DNA of 64,000 nucleotides from Azolla caroliniana (taxonomy: Eukaryota > Plantae > Polypodiophyta). The stretch spans positions 19,158,001-19,222,000 of the forward strand of contig JBHGNT010000012.1 of the NCBI GenBank assembly GCA_043228905.1. The letters are read 5' to 3'. The position numbers were made by a program, and so were the translations under genes. The notes beneath the pieces were generated by a model, which ran no database searches, had not been told where the DNA came from, and worked only from the letters and a program-made list of their open reading frames with translations. Below are positions 13,776 to 25,293 of this stretch, piece by piece (position 1 is the stretch's first letter; each line of letters opens with the position of its first letter).

Positions 13776-14490
13776 AATTTGGCCACCTCAAAATTCAAGG
13801 CCAGACTAGAAGCAAAAGGTTTTCGACAAGAATATGGCGTTGACTTCGATGAGATGTTTTCACCAGTGTTGAAAATGATGACCCTTCACTTTATGCTCAA
13901 CATAGTGATAGCCAAGAACTTGGGGCTCATTCAGCTAGATGTAAAAACGACATTCCTCCATGGTGACTTAGAGGAGTAAATTTATATGGAGCAATCGAAA
14001 GGCTTTGTGGCATCTGTTGAGTGGCAAGCTCAACCGGATCCGGATCGACTGAATAAGCCTGAGCCGGATCGGTGAGCCAGTGAGCTGGGGAGGCGGTTAG
14101 CCGGATTCATTAGTAACCGGAAGCCTAGTAGCAGCCTAGACTACTAGGAAATTAATGTCTCGTAGTTAGTGTTAGACACTTGTGTGAGCATTGAAGTACA
14201 CCGTACTTCTGTCAGTCCGTATGGACTTGTATAAAAGTGTTCACTAAACACATACGATGTACAGATTGAGTATAATTTTTTAATTGATTTTCTGTGTGCT
14301 CTCTCTCTCTCTGTCTCTCTCGTGTATTGTGTATATTCTAAGCTCTCCATTAAACCTGTGTTTCTGTGTTCGGTTTTCTATTGCTTCCGCACGCTATTCT
14401 TTTACATGGTATCAAAGAGCGAGGGTTGAGAACCTCTGTAGCCGACATAGCTTGAAAAGAAAACCAACCAAGAAGAACAGGTAAAAACCG

Positions 14491-17400
14491 ATGGATAGAG
14501 GCATGGCTAGCTCGCTTCCGACGAAGAAGCTCGATAGAAACAACTACGCATCTTGGTCCTACAAGATGCACCAGTACCTGCTTAGGCACGGTTACTAGAG
14601 CTATGTCGATGGAGCAAATGACACAGCACCCGAATCGACACACAGAGATTTCCCGGTGTGGGAACAGTTGACAAGCAGAGTATTGTACTGCTTCGCGTCT
14701 TGTGTGGGCAAACAGCTCCTAAGCTACATTCGGGATGCAAAAACGCCAAAAGATGCTTGGGGAAATCTGAAGAAGATTTTCGCCGCAAGCACTACAGCCA
14801 GGAAGCTTCAACTCGAACAGGAGCTAAGCAACCTACGACAACGCGACTTGTCGGTGACAGACTACACCTCCAAAATCAAGGACATTTGCGACTCTCTAGC
14901 CTCCATCGATGTGAATATCGAAGAAGTCGATATGGTGCAAATCTATCTCGGAGGTTTGGCGTCAAAGTTCGGAGCGTTCCGAACTGCTGTGTGTACAAGG
15001 GAGAATATGCCGTCATTTTTCGACTTACAATCGATGCTCCTTGTGGAGGAGAACCACGTCGGTGCGTCAACAAGTGCACCCACAGACAACCGGATGTTGT
15101 ACACGGAGGCGGATCGGCCCCATGGGCGCGGTGGACGAGGCGGGTCGCCTCACAATGGTAGCGGCCGGCAAGAGTAAGACCGAAGGCATAGAGAAAGTGC
15201 CGACAACAGTTCCAGACCCTCCACAAGGAGGGGAGTCAAGGCGGCAGTAGAGGCCGGCAAGCAAAGGCTGACACGAAATGTTGGTACTGTGGTAAAAAGG
15301 GCCACCGAGAAAGTGAGTGTTCGAAGAAGCGCGCTGATTCGGACAGATCTGGATCCGGCAAGGCCGGTAGAGACAACCGGCAATACTCGCACTACGTAAA
15401 AGGATCGGGAGGATCCAAAACCGGAAAAACCAGTAAAGGGCCAGCCTTGGTGATGAAACACGAGGCTAACTCGATGAAGAAGATCACTTCCGAATCGAAG
15501 GAAGTGTGGCACGTTGATTCCAGTGCGTCGAATCACATGACGAGCCACAAAGAGTGGTTCTCTCTCTTGGAGAAACCGGAACAACCAGGAGTTGTCGAAA
15601 CCGGAGACGACACTCCACACCCAATCGTGCATGTCGGAGAAGTCCCTTTGAGCCACGTCGGACAGAGGGGGGAAGTTGATGAACGTATTACACATTTCGA
15701 CCATCACGAAGAACCTGGTGTCAGTTGGACAGATTGTCGACCACGGGATGCAGGTGCGGTTTACGCATCTCAGGTGCTTCATTGAGGAAGAGGGCCAAAT
15801 CATTGTGCAAGGGCGCAAAGACAGGAGGATCTTTATTCTCGACACCAATGACGTCGGCACCGCTTTGTTCGCCAAAGGACAGAAGATTGAATCGGATATC
15901 GATCTCTGGCACAAGCGGATTGGCCATGGCAATTACCGGAGGCTTCAAGACCTACAAACGAAACAAGTTGTTTTCGGTTTGCCGAAGTTCAGTGGCCGGA
16001 AGGCCCAAATATGTGAAGCCTGCCAACTCGGGAAGCAACACCGGCTTCCATTCCCCACCAAACAAAACCGTAGCCGTAACAAGCTCGACCTTATTCATTC
16101 GGATGTATGGGGACCGTCACAGAACGTTAGTCTTGGTGGGAGTCGGTATTTCGTCTCCTTCATCGACAACTATAGTCGGCACACATGGATCTACCTCATT
16201 GAGCGGAAGAGCGAAGTCTTCGAGTGTTTCCGGAACCTGCAAAGTCTGGTTGAACGGGAAATGGAGAGGAAGATCAAGTGCCTACGGTCGGATGGTGGAA
16301 AAGAATATTTTTCCGGCCAATTCAATAGTTATCTGCAGCAAAAAGGAATTCAGAGAGAGTTCAACTGTAGATACACACTGGAGCAAAATGGTGTGGCCAA
16401 AAGGAAGAACCGGTCGATTGTCGACGCGGCAAGGGCAATGCTGGAGGAGAAGAGCATGCTCCATTTCTACTGGGCAGAGGTGGTCCGGACGATCGTCCAT
16501 ATCCAAAACCGGATCAGTGACAAGGTGTCCGCGCATGAGCTATATTTCGGACGCAAGCCGAATTTGAGACACCTTTGGATATTCGGTAGCATTGCATATG
16601 TGCATGTGTCGGATGAGAAGTGGAGGAAGTTGGATGCAAAGTTGGAGAAATGTATCTTGGTCGGTTACTCGCATGAGCAAAAGGGGTATAAGTGTTATAA
16701 CCCCCGGACGAAGCAGGTTCGAGTTAGCCGGGATGTTGAGTTTGATGAGACGGCATCATGGTATGCCTTACCGGCTCCGACTTCCGACCCTAACCCGATA
16801 CCGGAGGATGAGGCTAGTGAGCCTGAACCAGTCCAGATAGGAGATGAAGACCTCGGCACTCTAGAAGAGAGTCCGATCTCATTTCGGTTGAGTGGACAGA
16901 ATGAGCGGCTGAGTCGGGATGACCAGTCGGATGAGGAACCGGCGAGTAATGGAGACTCTGTCGTGCTCTCCCCATGCAAGGAACCGAGGAGACGGTTCAC
17001 GCGCAAAGAGAAGGGAAAGAAGAAGATGTTGGAATACGAAACCGGCAACGTTGAGTCGGATCAGAGCGAAACCGACTCCGGTCAGGAAGAAAGCGGATCT
17101 TCGGGAACAAAGTCAAAACCAGCCAAGAAGGGTCTCAAACCGGGTAACAATAAGATACGTCGGTCTTCCCACTAGAAGAACCCCGTGAAGCGGTACGTGT
17201 ACAATGAGTACATGGCGCATCACTATGCGTACATGACCAAGGTGGCGAAAGTGCGTGAGCCGGAGAGCTACGCAGAAGCGGCAAAGGACGCAAATTGGCG
17301 TGCCGCTATGAAGGAAGAAATGCGGGCACTCGATGCCAACGACACATGGGACCTAGTTGGCCCTCCCCGACACTGTAAACCGATCGGATGTAAGTGGGTG

Positions 17401-19153
17401 TACAAGGTAAAGTACAATGCCGACAGTTCGGTTAACCGGTACAAGGCCCGATTAGTGGCAAAGGGATACGCGCAGACCCACGGAATCGACTACGACGAGA
17501 TCTTTGCTCCGGTAGCGAAGATGACGACGGTTCGTGTGGTGTTGGTAGTTGCTGCGGCAAGGGGGTGGCATCTTCACTAGATAGATGTGAAGAATGCATT
17601 TCTTCAAGGAGATCTTGAAGAAGAGGTCTTTATGACCCAACCCCCCGGTTTCCAATCGGAGATGAACAAGTCGGTGGTATGCCAGCTGAAGAAGTCACTT
17701 TATGGCCTGAAGCAAGCCCCCCGAGCTTGGAATACGAAGATCAAGCACTGGTTGTGTAAGATGGGGTTTGCGGCCTCCAAGTCTGACTCTTCGTTGTTCG
17801 TCCGGCAAGGTCAAGGTGGTCCGGTCTGCATCTTGGTGTATGTTGATGATCTAGTCATCACCGAACCTGGACTCGATGAAGTCGGTCGAGTCAAGTTCCA
17901 GCTGTCGAATGCATTTGAGATGAAGGACCTGGGGGACCTTCACTATTTCCTTGGGATCGAGGTGATCTGAACCCCCGACGGCATAATGCTCTCACAGAGA
18001 CACTATGTGTTGAATATGTTCTACAAATTTGGCATGACGGAATGCCGACCTATCCCTACACCCCTGGATCGGAACTAGAAGCTCCGTCCCGACTCCGAAC
18101 CGGCATGCAATGAGAAACGGTTCCGACAAATCGTCAGAAGCCTTATATATTTGACAATCACCCGACCCGACATCAGTTATCCGGTCGGCATGATTAGCCA
18201 ATATATGCAGAAGCCGACTGTGGAGCACCTTCTATGCGCGCATCGAATTTTGCGATATGTGGGCGGCACGAAGGAACGGGGCCTGTTATACCGGCATGGT
18301 ATAACCAAAGAGCTAGTCGGCTACATCGATGCCGATTGGGCCGGCGATGCATCAGATTGCCGATCCACCTCCGGCCATATGTTTTCCCTTGGTAGCGCGG
18401 TTGTTGCGTGGAGCAGCAAAAAGCAGCCAACAATGGCCCTTTCGAGCACTGAGGCTGAATATCGGGGTGCTACTATTGCCACCTGCCACCTGTGAAGCCA
18501 TTTGGCTTCGGCAACTGTTGCAAGTCCTGCAGATCGAGGTGCCGACCCCGATCTTGCTCTATTGCGACAACATAAGCAGCATGCAACTCACCAAGAACCC
18601 CAAATTCCATGCTCGCACAAAGCACATAGAAGTGCACTACCACTTTGTGCATGACCGTGTCCTGAGCGGTGAAGTCGAACTTCGGTATGTTCATACGGAT
18701 CGGCAAGTTGCCGACATCTTCACCAAACCGCTCGAATCGAACAAGTTGCAACACTTCACCGAAATGCTTGGTGTTCAGCATCTCGACGTGCCACACTTGA
18801 GGGGGAGAACTTGCAAAGACACTGGAACGGGCAAAGGCAAAGAGACTATCGGTTGCGCTGGTAAGGGAAGAACCGACAAGGGGAGAGACAAGAAGAAGAA
18901 AGGAGCCGAGTCGACAAAGGAAGTTGACACATCCGAACAAGTCGGAACCGCCGCCGCCGCCGGCAGAGTCAAGAAGGACAGAGCCACCAAGACCCGGACA
19001 TGGTCTGATGTGGTGAAGGGTCTGGAATCGGAAAACGAATTGGGAGCGACCAATTCAGACAAGAGCTGGAACGAATCGGAGACAGCTGATTCGGTTCAAC
19101 AGACGGATTCGAAAGAACCAGATCAATTCAAGGCCAAGATGATGAGAAGATAG
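14491..19153 (+). pseudogene. copia-3 gag-pol polyprotein (Gag-PR-INT-RT-RH) with several stops and frameshifts
   Basis: MDRGMASSLPTKKLDR…; CWYCGKKGHRESEC; WHVDSSASNHM; LWHKRIGH…CEACQLGK…LRSDGGKEY; CKWVYKVK…YVDDL; DADWAG…SSTEAEY; YCDNISS…HARTKHIEVHYHF…ADIFTKPL. Confidence 0.93.
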
Positions 19154-19239
19154 TGAAGGTCGACGCTAAAACGAAGGAATCGGCGAATCGGCGAGCACTG
19201 AAGTCACAACAGCGAGGGAGTTGAATTGGGCCTGTTGAA

Positions 19240-19344
19240 TAGGGCTCGGCAACGGCTCAGCTTGGCTTGAGCCTCGCCAAACCGGATAAACCGTTTAAGC
19301 CGTTTATAAACTTTAGAGAGAGGGGGAGAGAAACAACAGACAAG

Positions 19345-19375
<31 letters not shown>

Positions 19376-19474
19376 TGAGGGAGGGAGACTAAACAGACGA
19401 TGGGAGAGAGAGTGAGGGAGGGAGGGAGAACTACACAGACGAGGAGAGAGAGAGAGGGTGGGAGACAACATATA

Positions 19475-19508
<34 letters not shown>

Positions 19509-19831
19509 ACACAGAGGGGGGAGAGAGAGAGAGAGGGAGAGAGTCTAGACCACAGACGTGAGAGAGAGTGGGAGGGAGAGCTTGTACAATGTATACTATA
19601 TAGTATATAGTATATAGTGGATCATCTAAGAGAGAGGGGGATGTAGAGAGAGAGAGAGAGAGAGAGGGAGGTTTCTAAACCGGTTTCCAAACTGTTTACC
19701 AAACCGGTTTAGCCTAAACCGGTTTGTGAACCGGCTCGGCTCGGCTTGGCTCAGGTTTGAGATCCCGTAAACGGTTTGGCTTGGATCAGGCCAAACCGGC
19801 TAAGCCTAAACCGAACCATTGCCGATCCCTA
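19240..19831. mobile_element. Non-autonomous hAT-type MITE (592 bp) with a GA-microsatellite core
   Basis: TIRs tagggctcggcaacgg / ccattgccgatcccta. Perfect 8-bp TSD CTGTTGAA (19232-19239, 19832-19839). Clustered AAACCG/CGGTTT subterminal motifs. Confidence 0.92.
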
Positions 19832-19972
19832 CTGTTGAACAGACAAGCCGACCGAGGAGGTCGAGATGCGCAAAAACAGAAGGGTCACGGCAAACGGGAC
19901 CGGACCGGACGAGGAGCGCGAGCGAGGCAAAGTGACGCCAGAAGGAGTCGGGTGGAAGGACCGGCTGCCATG

Positions 19973-22900
19973 TGAAAAGAGATATGATGATAGAAAAGAG
20001 AGAGAAGGAAGATATAGAAACCCAAATCTACAAAGATATATTAATAAGGAGTGATGATCATAGAAACAAGAGAAAGAAGATACATAAACTCAAGCCTACA
20101 AGGATAAATTGATCACTAGAAAAACGCACTACATGAATAGGCAAGAAAAACACCACAAGAAAAAAGCTCCCTCACCACCTCACTCTTCTTGCTTTATATG
20201 AAGTTCTCCTCTAGTAGATAAGTTTCGCTTGCTTTCTTTTCCACGCTTTTTTTACAGCTTTTCCATCTCCTATTCTTAGCTATGATACAACGATCTTCTA
20301 ATCGTCATATCTCCCTCATCCATGTTCCAAATTTAGAGTTTTAAAAAGCTACGGATAGCTCTCGTCATAAGCTTTCTAACCCATATTTGCACATTATATT
20401 TGGCTTCCAAACGAATGAGTTATGAGCATTTGTTTCTGACTGCGTTTTGGTGGTTTGCTTTTTCTCTTTTTACTTTTCTCCATCTTTATTGCTTTTATTT
20501 GGACTTATCCACGAGATGTTGGTTCATGTCCTTGTCCTCCAAATGTGAATCCTCCCTACCTTATATTCTTTTAGTGTCCAATAGCTTGAATTCTAAAAAT
20601 AGTTTCACATTTAGCCCTCCCCCTTGCTTCTTGGTGAACCATTTATGGTGAACCCTAAGCTACTAATAAAACTAAAGGTTCTCCTTCGCCTTATTCATGG
20701 CTATAGACAAAGAAGGAGAAAATAAATAGAAAAGAAACAAACTATGTGAGTAAAACCCCCGCTAGTCGATAGGAAAAACCTCACACTTCTAAACACACAC
20801 ACATACACATTGACAATTGCCATCACCATCTTTCTCCTTGTCAACACAAAGAAAGAGGTTACAACAATTAGTATATCTTCATCAACTTTCCAAACAGAAG
20901 TAGGTCTATGTGATACATAACTCTTGATAGAAGTAAGCATGTTAACATATGAATAAATCTTTCGAGCGAGCGAACCTTTTGTACAAATACCTTCAAAGCT
21001 TCGAGACTTGTCAGAATTGTCATTTTTTGAATTATGTCAATCTTTGCTTCATCAACATGACTTTCTTCTTGGCACACCACATTCTCCACATTACCTTGTT
21101 TTTTATGCATGACCATTTCATCTAGAATCTCATCTCGAAAAGGAAGCAAAAATAAATCTCGTTTGGTTGAATCATTCAAGGATTGGAAGTTGACGTCTTT
21201 CTCCTTTGGAACAACCACAATAAGTGAGACAAACTTCAAATTCTCCAACTTGATGTGGTGTTTGATGCCTTCTACTCTTATCTGTGAATACTCATTTATG
21301 AATAACTTTGTAAACTTAAAAAAGAGAGAAATAAACCTTAGATCCTCTTCTCCTTGGACATCGTTTGAAATCATCTTCTTTTTCCCCTTTAGGGTGATAA
21401 TACTTTTCTCTTCAATGACTTCTTCTTCCTCCTTAGACACCATGTGGAATGATTTGTTTTCCCTATCCCACGAATATTCATCAATTGTTATGCTTTCCTC
21501 TTCTTGCTTGCCAATGTCGATAGATGATTCCTTCTCCTTTATACATTTGATTAGTTGTGGTGGATCCTTTGATGGTGATAAGTTAATGATACTCCAATCA
21601 TGCATTACAAGTAAATCTCTTGGCTCTTGGTCAAATTGTTGTTGAAGAGTTGATGCCCACATAACTTTGTTGCTACTCAATGCAAATCCAAAACATAAAT
21701 CATGCACGAACACCTTCATACACTGCAACTTGGCACTTACCAATGCTTCCTTACACGCATTGATCTCCAAAAGCCAATCTCCAGCTATCACTTCTAGGTT
21801 ACCTTCTTCATCTTGCAACTTCGTTGTGGGTACTTCACCATCAACAACTTCTTTTGTCATATCTTCCATTTCATCTTGCACATATTCATCATCAACCACC
21901 ATATCACTTGTTGTATCAATAATGTCCTCAACATGATGTACATTGGCATCACCATCCATAACATCGCTTCTCATAACTATCTCCTTAGATTCGTCTTTCA
22001 CATCATCATTCTTTATATCATGGTTGTCCTCATGAACTAGATGGGGGGACTCCACATTCATCACCTCTTCTTCATTGTCTCTGGAATCACCTTCATAGAC
22101 ATCATTATAACTCCAAAAATTAGAATAATGATATGAGGGAACCTGTTGAATCGGACATTGCAAGTAGGCTGGTTGTTGGCTCATGACCGATCCACAATTA
22201 TTATAGCTTGGATTTATGGTATATGACGCCGATAATCCATATGCTTCACCGAATAACAACTTCTTCAATTGTTGATCATAACTTTGACATACTCGAAGCA
22301 AATCATGGAAAGACCTTGGGTACTTCATATGCACTTCATATTGAAAATATGGATCTAGCCCTGCTTTGAATCTTTCCATCTTGAAGTATACATCTTCAAC
22401 GCCTCCAACAAGTCCAATCCAAGTGGACCATATATCCAAAAACGTCTTCTCATACTCGAGGTAGCACATTGGTGAAACCATACGCAATTGGAAAAGTTCT
22501 CTTCGTAGATCTGTCGCATCGCGAACTCCATATCGTGCCATTAGTTTGATGATGAATCGGTAGATCCAACCATCAATTAGTGGACAACCGTTCCTCCCGT
22601 TATACGGAAAGGATCGACCCTCCCTGGAGCGCCAAAAATGAAAAGAGATATGATGATAGAAAAGAGAGAGAAGGAAGATATAGAAACCCAAATCTACAAA
22701 GATATATTAATAAGGAGTGATGATCATAGAAACAAGAGAAAGAAGATACATAAACTCAAGCCTACAAGGATGAATTGATCACTAGAAAAACGCACTACAT
22801 GAATAGGCAAGAAAAACACCACAAGAAAAAAGCTCCCTCACTACCTCACTCTTCTTGCTTTATATGAAGTTCTCCTCTAGTAGATAAGTTTCGCTTGCTT

Positions 22901-23275
22901 TCTTTTCCACGCTTTTTTTACAGCTTTTCCATCTCCTATTCTTAGCTATGATACAACGATCTTCTAATCGTCATATCTCCCTCATCCATGTTCCAAATTT
23001 AGAGTTTTAAAAAGCTACGGATAGCTCTCGTCATAAGCTTTCTAACCCATATTTGCACATTATATTTGGCTTCCAAACGAATGAGTTATGAGCATTTGTT
23101 TCTGACTGCGTTTTGGTGGTTTGCTTTTTCTCTTTTTACTTTTCTCCATCTTTATTGCTTTTATTTGGACTTATCAACGAGATGTTGGTCCATGTCCTTG
23201 TCCTCCAAATGTGAATCCTCCCTACCTTATATTCTTTTAGTGTCCAATAGCTTGAATTCTAAAAATAGTTTCACA
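19973..23275 (-). mobile_element. Young 3.3-kb non-autonomous LTR retrotransposon (TR-GAG-like, Ty3/gypsy-derived)
   Basis: Two 637-bp LTRs (19973-20609, 22639-23275; TG…CA; about 4 mismatches by eye). Perfect 5-bp TSD CCATG (19968-19972 / 23276-23280). PBS TGGCGCTCCAGGGAGGGT (minus, 22617-22634). PPT GCAAGGGGGAGGGC (minus, about 20614-20627). One internal ORF. Confidence 0.96.
20868..22541 (-). CDS. 557-aa Gag-like protein fused to non-catalytic RT remnants (first ATG after the PBS; the open frame extends to 22691)
   Basis: N-terminus fits the retrotransposon Gag capsid pattern (ELFQLRM…YLEYEKTF…KMERFKAGLDPYFQYEV…PRSFHDLL). Acidic linker. The C-terminal 150 aa align by eye with RT segments of the gypsy pol at 31082-34507. 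No stops. Confidence 0.85.
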   Translation of the reverse strand: MARYGVRDATDLRRELFQLRMVSPMCYLEYEKTFLDIWSTWIGLVGGVEDVYFKMERFKAGLDPYFQYEVHMKYPRSFHDLLRVCQSYDQQLKKLLFGEAYGLSASYTINPSYNNCGSVMSQQPAYLQCPIQQVPSYHYSNFWSYNDVYEGDSRDNEEEVMNVESPHLVHEDNHDIKNDDVKDESKEIVMRSDVMDGDANVHHVEDIIDTTSDMVVDDEYVQDEMEDMTKEVVDGEVPTTKLQDEEGNLEVIAGDWLLEINACKEALVSAKLQCMKVFVHDLCFGFALSSNKVMWASTLQQQFDQEPRDLLVMHDWSIINLSPSKDPPQLIKCIKEKESSIDIGKQEEESITIDEYSWDRENKSFHMVSKEEEEVIEEKSIITLKGKKKMISNDVQGEEDLRFISLFFKFTKLFINEYSQIRVEGIKHHIKLENLKFVSLIVVVPKEKDVNFQSLNDSTKRDLFLLPFRDEILDEMVMHKKQGNVENVVCQEESHVDEAKIDIIQKMTILTSLEALKVFVQKVRSLERFIHMLTCLLLSRVMYHIDLLLFGKLMKIY

Positions 23276-25293
23276 CCATGGAGACTGACACTACGATCCG
23301 ACCTCAAGTTGAGCTTGAGGGGGAGTGTTGAGTGGCAAGCTCAACCGGATCTGGATCGGCTGAATAAGCCTAAGCCGGATCGGCATCCGAAAGGATGAGC
23401 TAGATCGGTGAGCCGATGAGCAAGTGAGTCAGTGAGTTGGGGAGCCGGTGAGCCAGATCCATTAGTAACTGGAAGCCTAGTAGCAGCCTAGACTACTAGG
23501 AAGTTAATGTCTCATAGTTAGTGTCAAACGCTTGTGTGAGCATTAAAGTACACCGTACTTCTATCAATCTGTATGGACTTGTATAAAAGTGTTCACTGAA
23601 CACACACGATGTACAGATTGAGTATAATTTTTGAATTGATTTTCTATGTGCTCTCTCTCTCTGTCTCTCCCGTGTACTGTGTATATTCTAAGCTCTCCAT
23701 TAAACCTGCGTTTCTGTGTTCAGTTTTCTATTGCTTCCGCATGCTATTCTTTTACAGCATCCGGCCAGGAACATCTAGTATGCTGAGTAAGGAAGAGTCT
23801 ACATGGTCTGAAAGAGGCACCGAGACAGTGGTATAAGAAGTTCGACGACTTCATCCAATCAGTCGGGTTCTCAAAGATGGACCACTAACTCTTCACCAAA
23901 ACGGCTCAAGATGGGTCACCCATCTTCCTCATCATATATGTGGATGACATGCTACTCTCCGGCCGGCATGCCGGTGAGCTCGCTGAACTTGTTCGGCAAT
24001 TGCAGTTGAAATTTGCCATGAAGGACCTCGGTTCGGCAAGACACATTCTCGACATGAAGATAAGTCGAAATCGAAATCGACGACAATTGTTTCTGTCTCA
24101 ATCTGACTATGTTAGCCATGTCCTAGAATGCTTCAACATGCACTCGGCCAAGTCTCAACGAGACTGCCCAACATCCGGTCCGGAGGGGGAAGATATGAAG
24201 TTGGTACCATATGCATCGGCAGTAGGCTCCTTGATGTACGCGATGGTCGCGACACAACCTGACATTTCTCACGTCGTCGGAGTCGTCAGCAGATTTATGC
24301 ACAATCTTGGCCAACCGTATTGGAACACAATTAAACATGTGTTCAGATACCTTGTGGCACAAAAGACTATGGCATCCTATTCGGCCCAAATGATACTTCA
24401 GGCGTAGTCAGCTATACCAACTCAAACTTTGCAGGCTGCATGGACAATCGAAAATCGACAACCGGATATTGTTTCAAATTTGCCAATGGAGCAATATCAT
24501 GGAAATCGAAACTTCAGGAGTGTATTACCACATCAACGACCGAGGCTGAATATGTAGCTAGTTGATTGGCGCACACGTTTCGACAAGTTGACTCCGACTC
24601 AACTCTAGTTTTCTATAATGACAGTAGTCATGGTGTTGTTGCTCTATCGAAAAATCCGGTTCATCACAACTACTCCAAGCATATCAACGTTCGATATCAC
24701 TTCGTTCGAGAATACGTCATTTTAGGGAAAATCGGCCTTGAGAAGATGCCTACAACCGATAATGTCGCTGATGAGTCGGACAATCGACATCGACAGTTCA
24801 AAGCTTGGCTTTAGTTCTTCCAACCACAACCGACTCAGCCTTCTGTTCTTGAATTGTGCCGATTTGAACAAAACCAATATGTTTGATAACTTTGTATAAT
24901 CTGTAACTCTTATTTATTCTTTTTACAGATTTTTGGTTTCTACGCCCATTACATGGGAGTGTGGAATATGGGTCTCTAATGGCCATATTCACACTATCCC
25001 TATGGACAATCTAGGTTTAGGACATGTTTGTAAATATGTCAAAGGCAATTTCCCTAGCCTAGTTAGTATATAACGGGCTTGGTAATCTAGTTCAAAAGTT
25101 GTTGTTATTGTTAGAGAGTTGTTGGCTCCATTGTATTGTAACCATCTCTCAATAAGAACTATTACATTGTGTGCCTCTTGATCTCTCCCTCTCTCTCATT
25201 CTACTCTTAGATCTTGCTTTCACTTGTACACTCGGTGATCATCATCAAATGGTGTTGTTGATGTTTCCGCACTGACTGCCTCAATTCCCAACA

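Larger units (their letters stand above)
14015..23756 (+). mobile_element. Full-length Ty1/copia element (copia-3) inserted in copia-2 RT
   Basis: 5' LTR 14015-14406 and 3' LTR 23326-23756 (TGTTGAGTGG…TTTTACA). Perfect 5-bp TSD GCATC (14010-14014 / 23757-23761). PBS tggtatcaaagagc at 14407-14420; PPT gagggggag at 23317-23325. Confidence 0.96.
10028..25293 (+). mobile_element. Ty1/copia relic (copia-2) lacking its 5' LTR and carrying nested insertions
   Basis: Gag KFDGSNFNF…MQDYL…LLMSSLPPSWETFV (10260-10783); knuckle CNYCKKPEHIKDDC (about 11500); protease LLDSGASYH (about 11720); integrase KCLCIDNGGEF (12454). RT PCKWVYR…LIQLDVKTTFLHGDLEE (13400-14014) resumes at 23762 (YVDDML, VPYASAVGSLMY). 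RNase H SKHINVRYHFVRE (24566-24780). Purine tract, then 3' LTR about 24960-25293 ending ttcccaaca. Confidence 0.88.

Noticed and set aside
20400-20651. Duplicated 83/110-aa ORF (also 23066-23398) as a gene pair
   Set aside because: Both lie within the two LTR copies, antisense to the element, and diverge at the LTR boundary.
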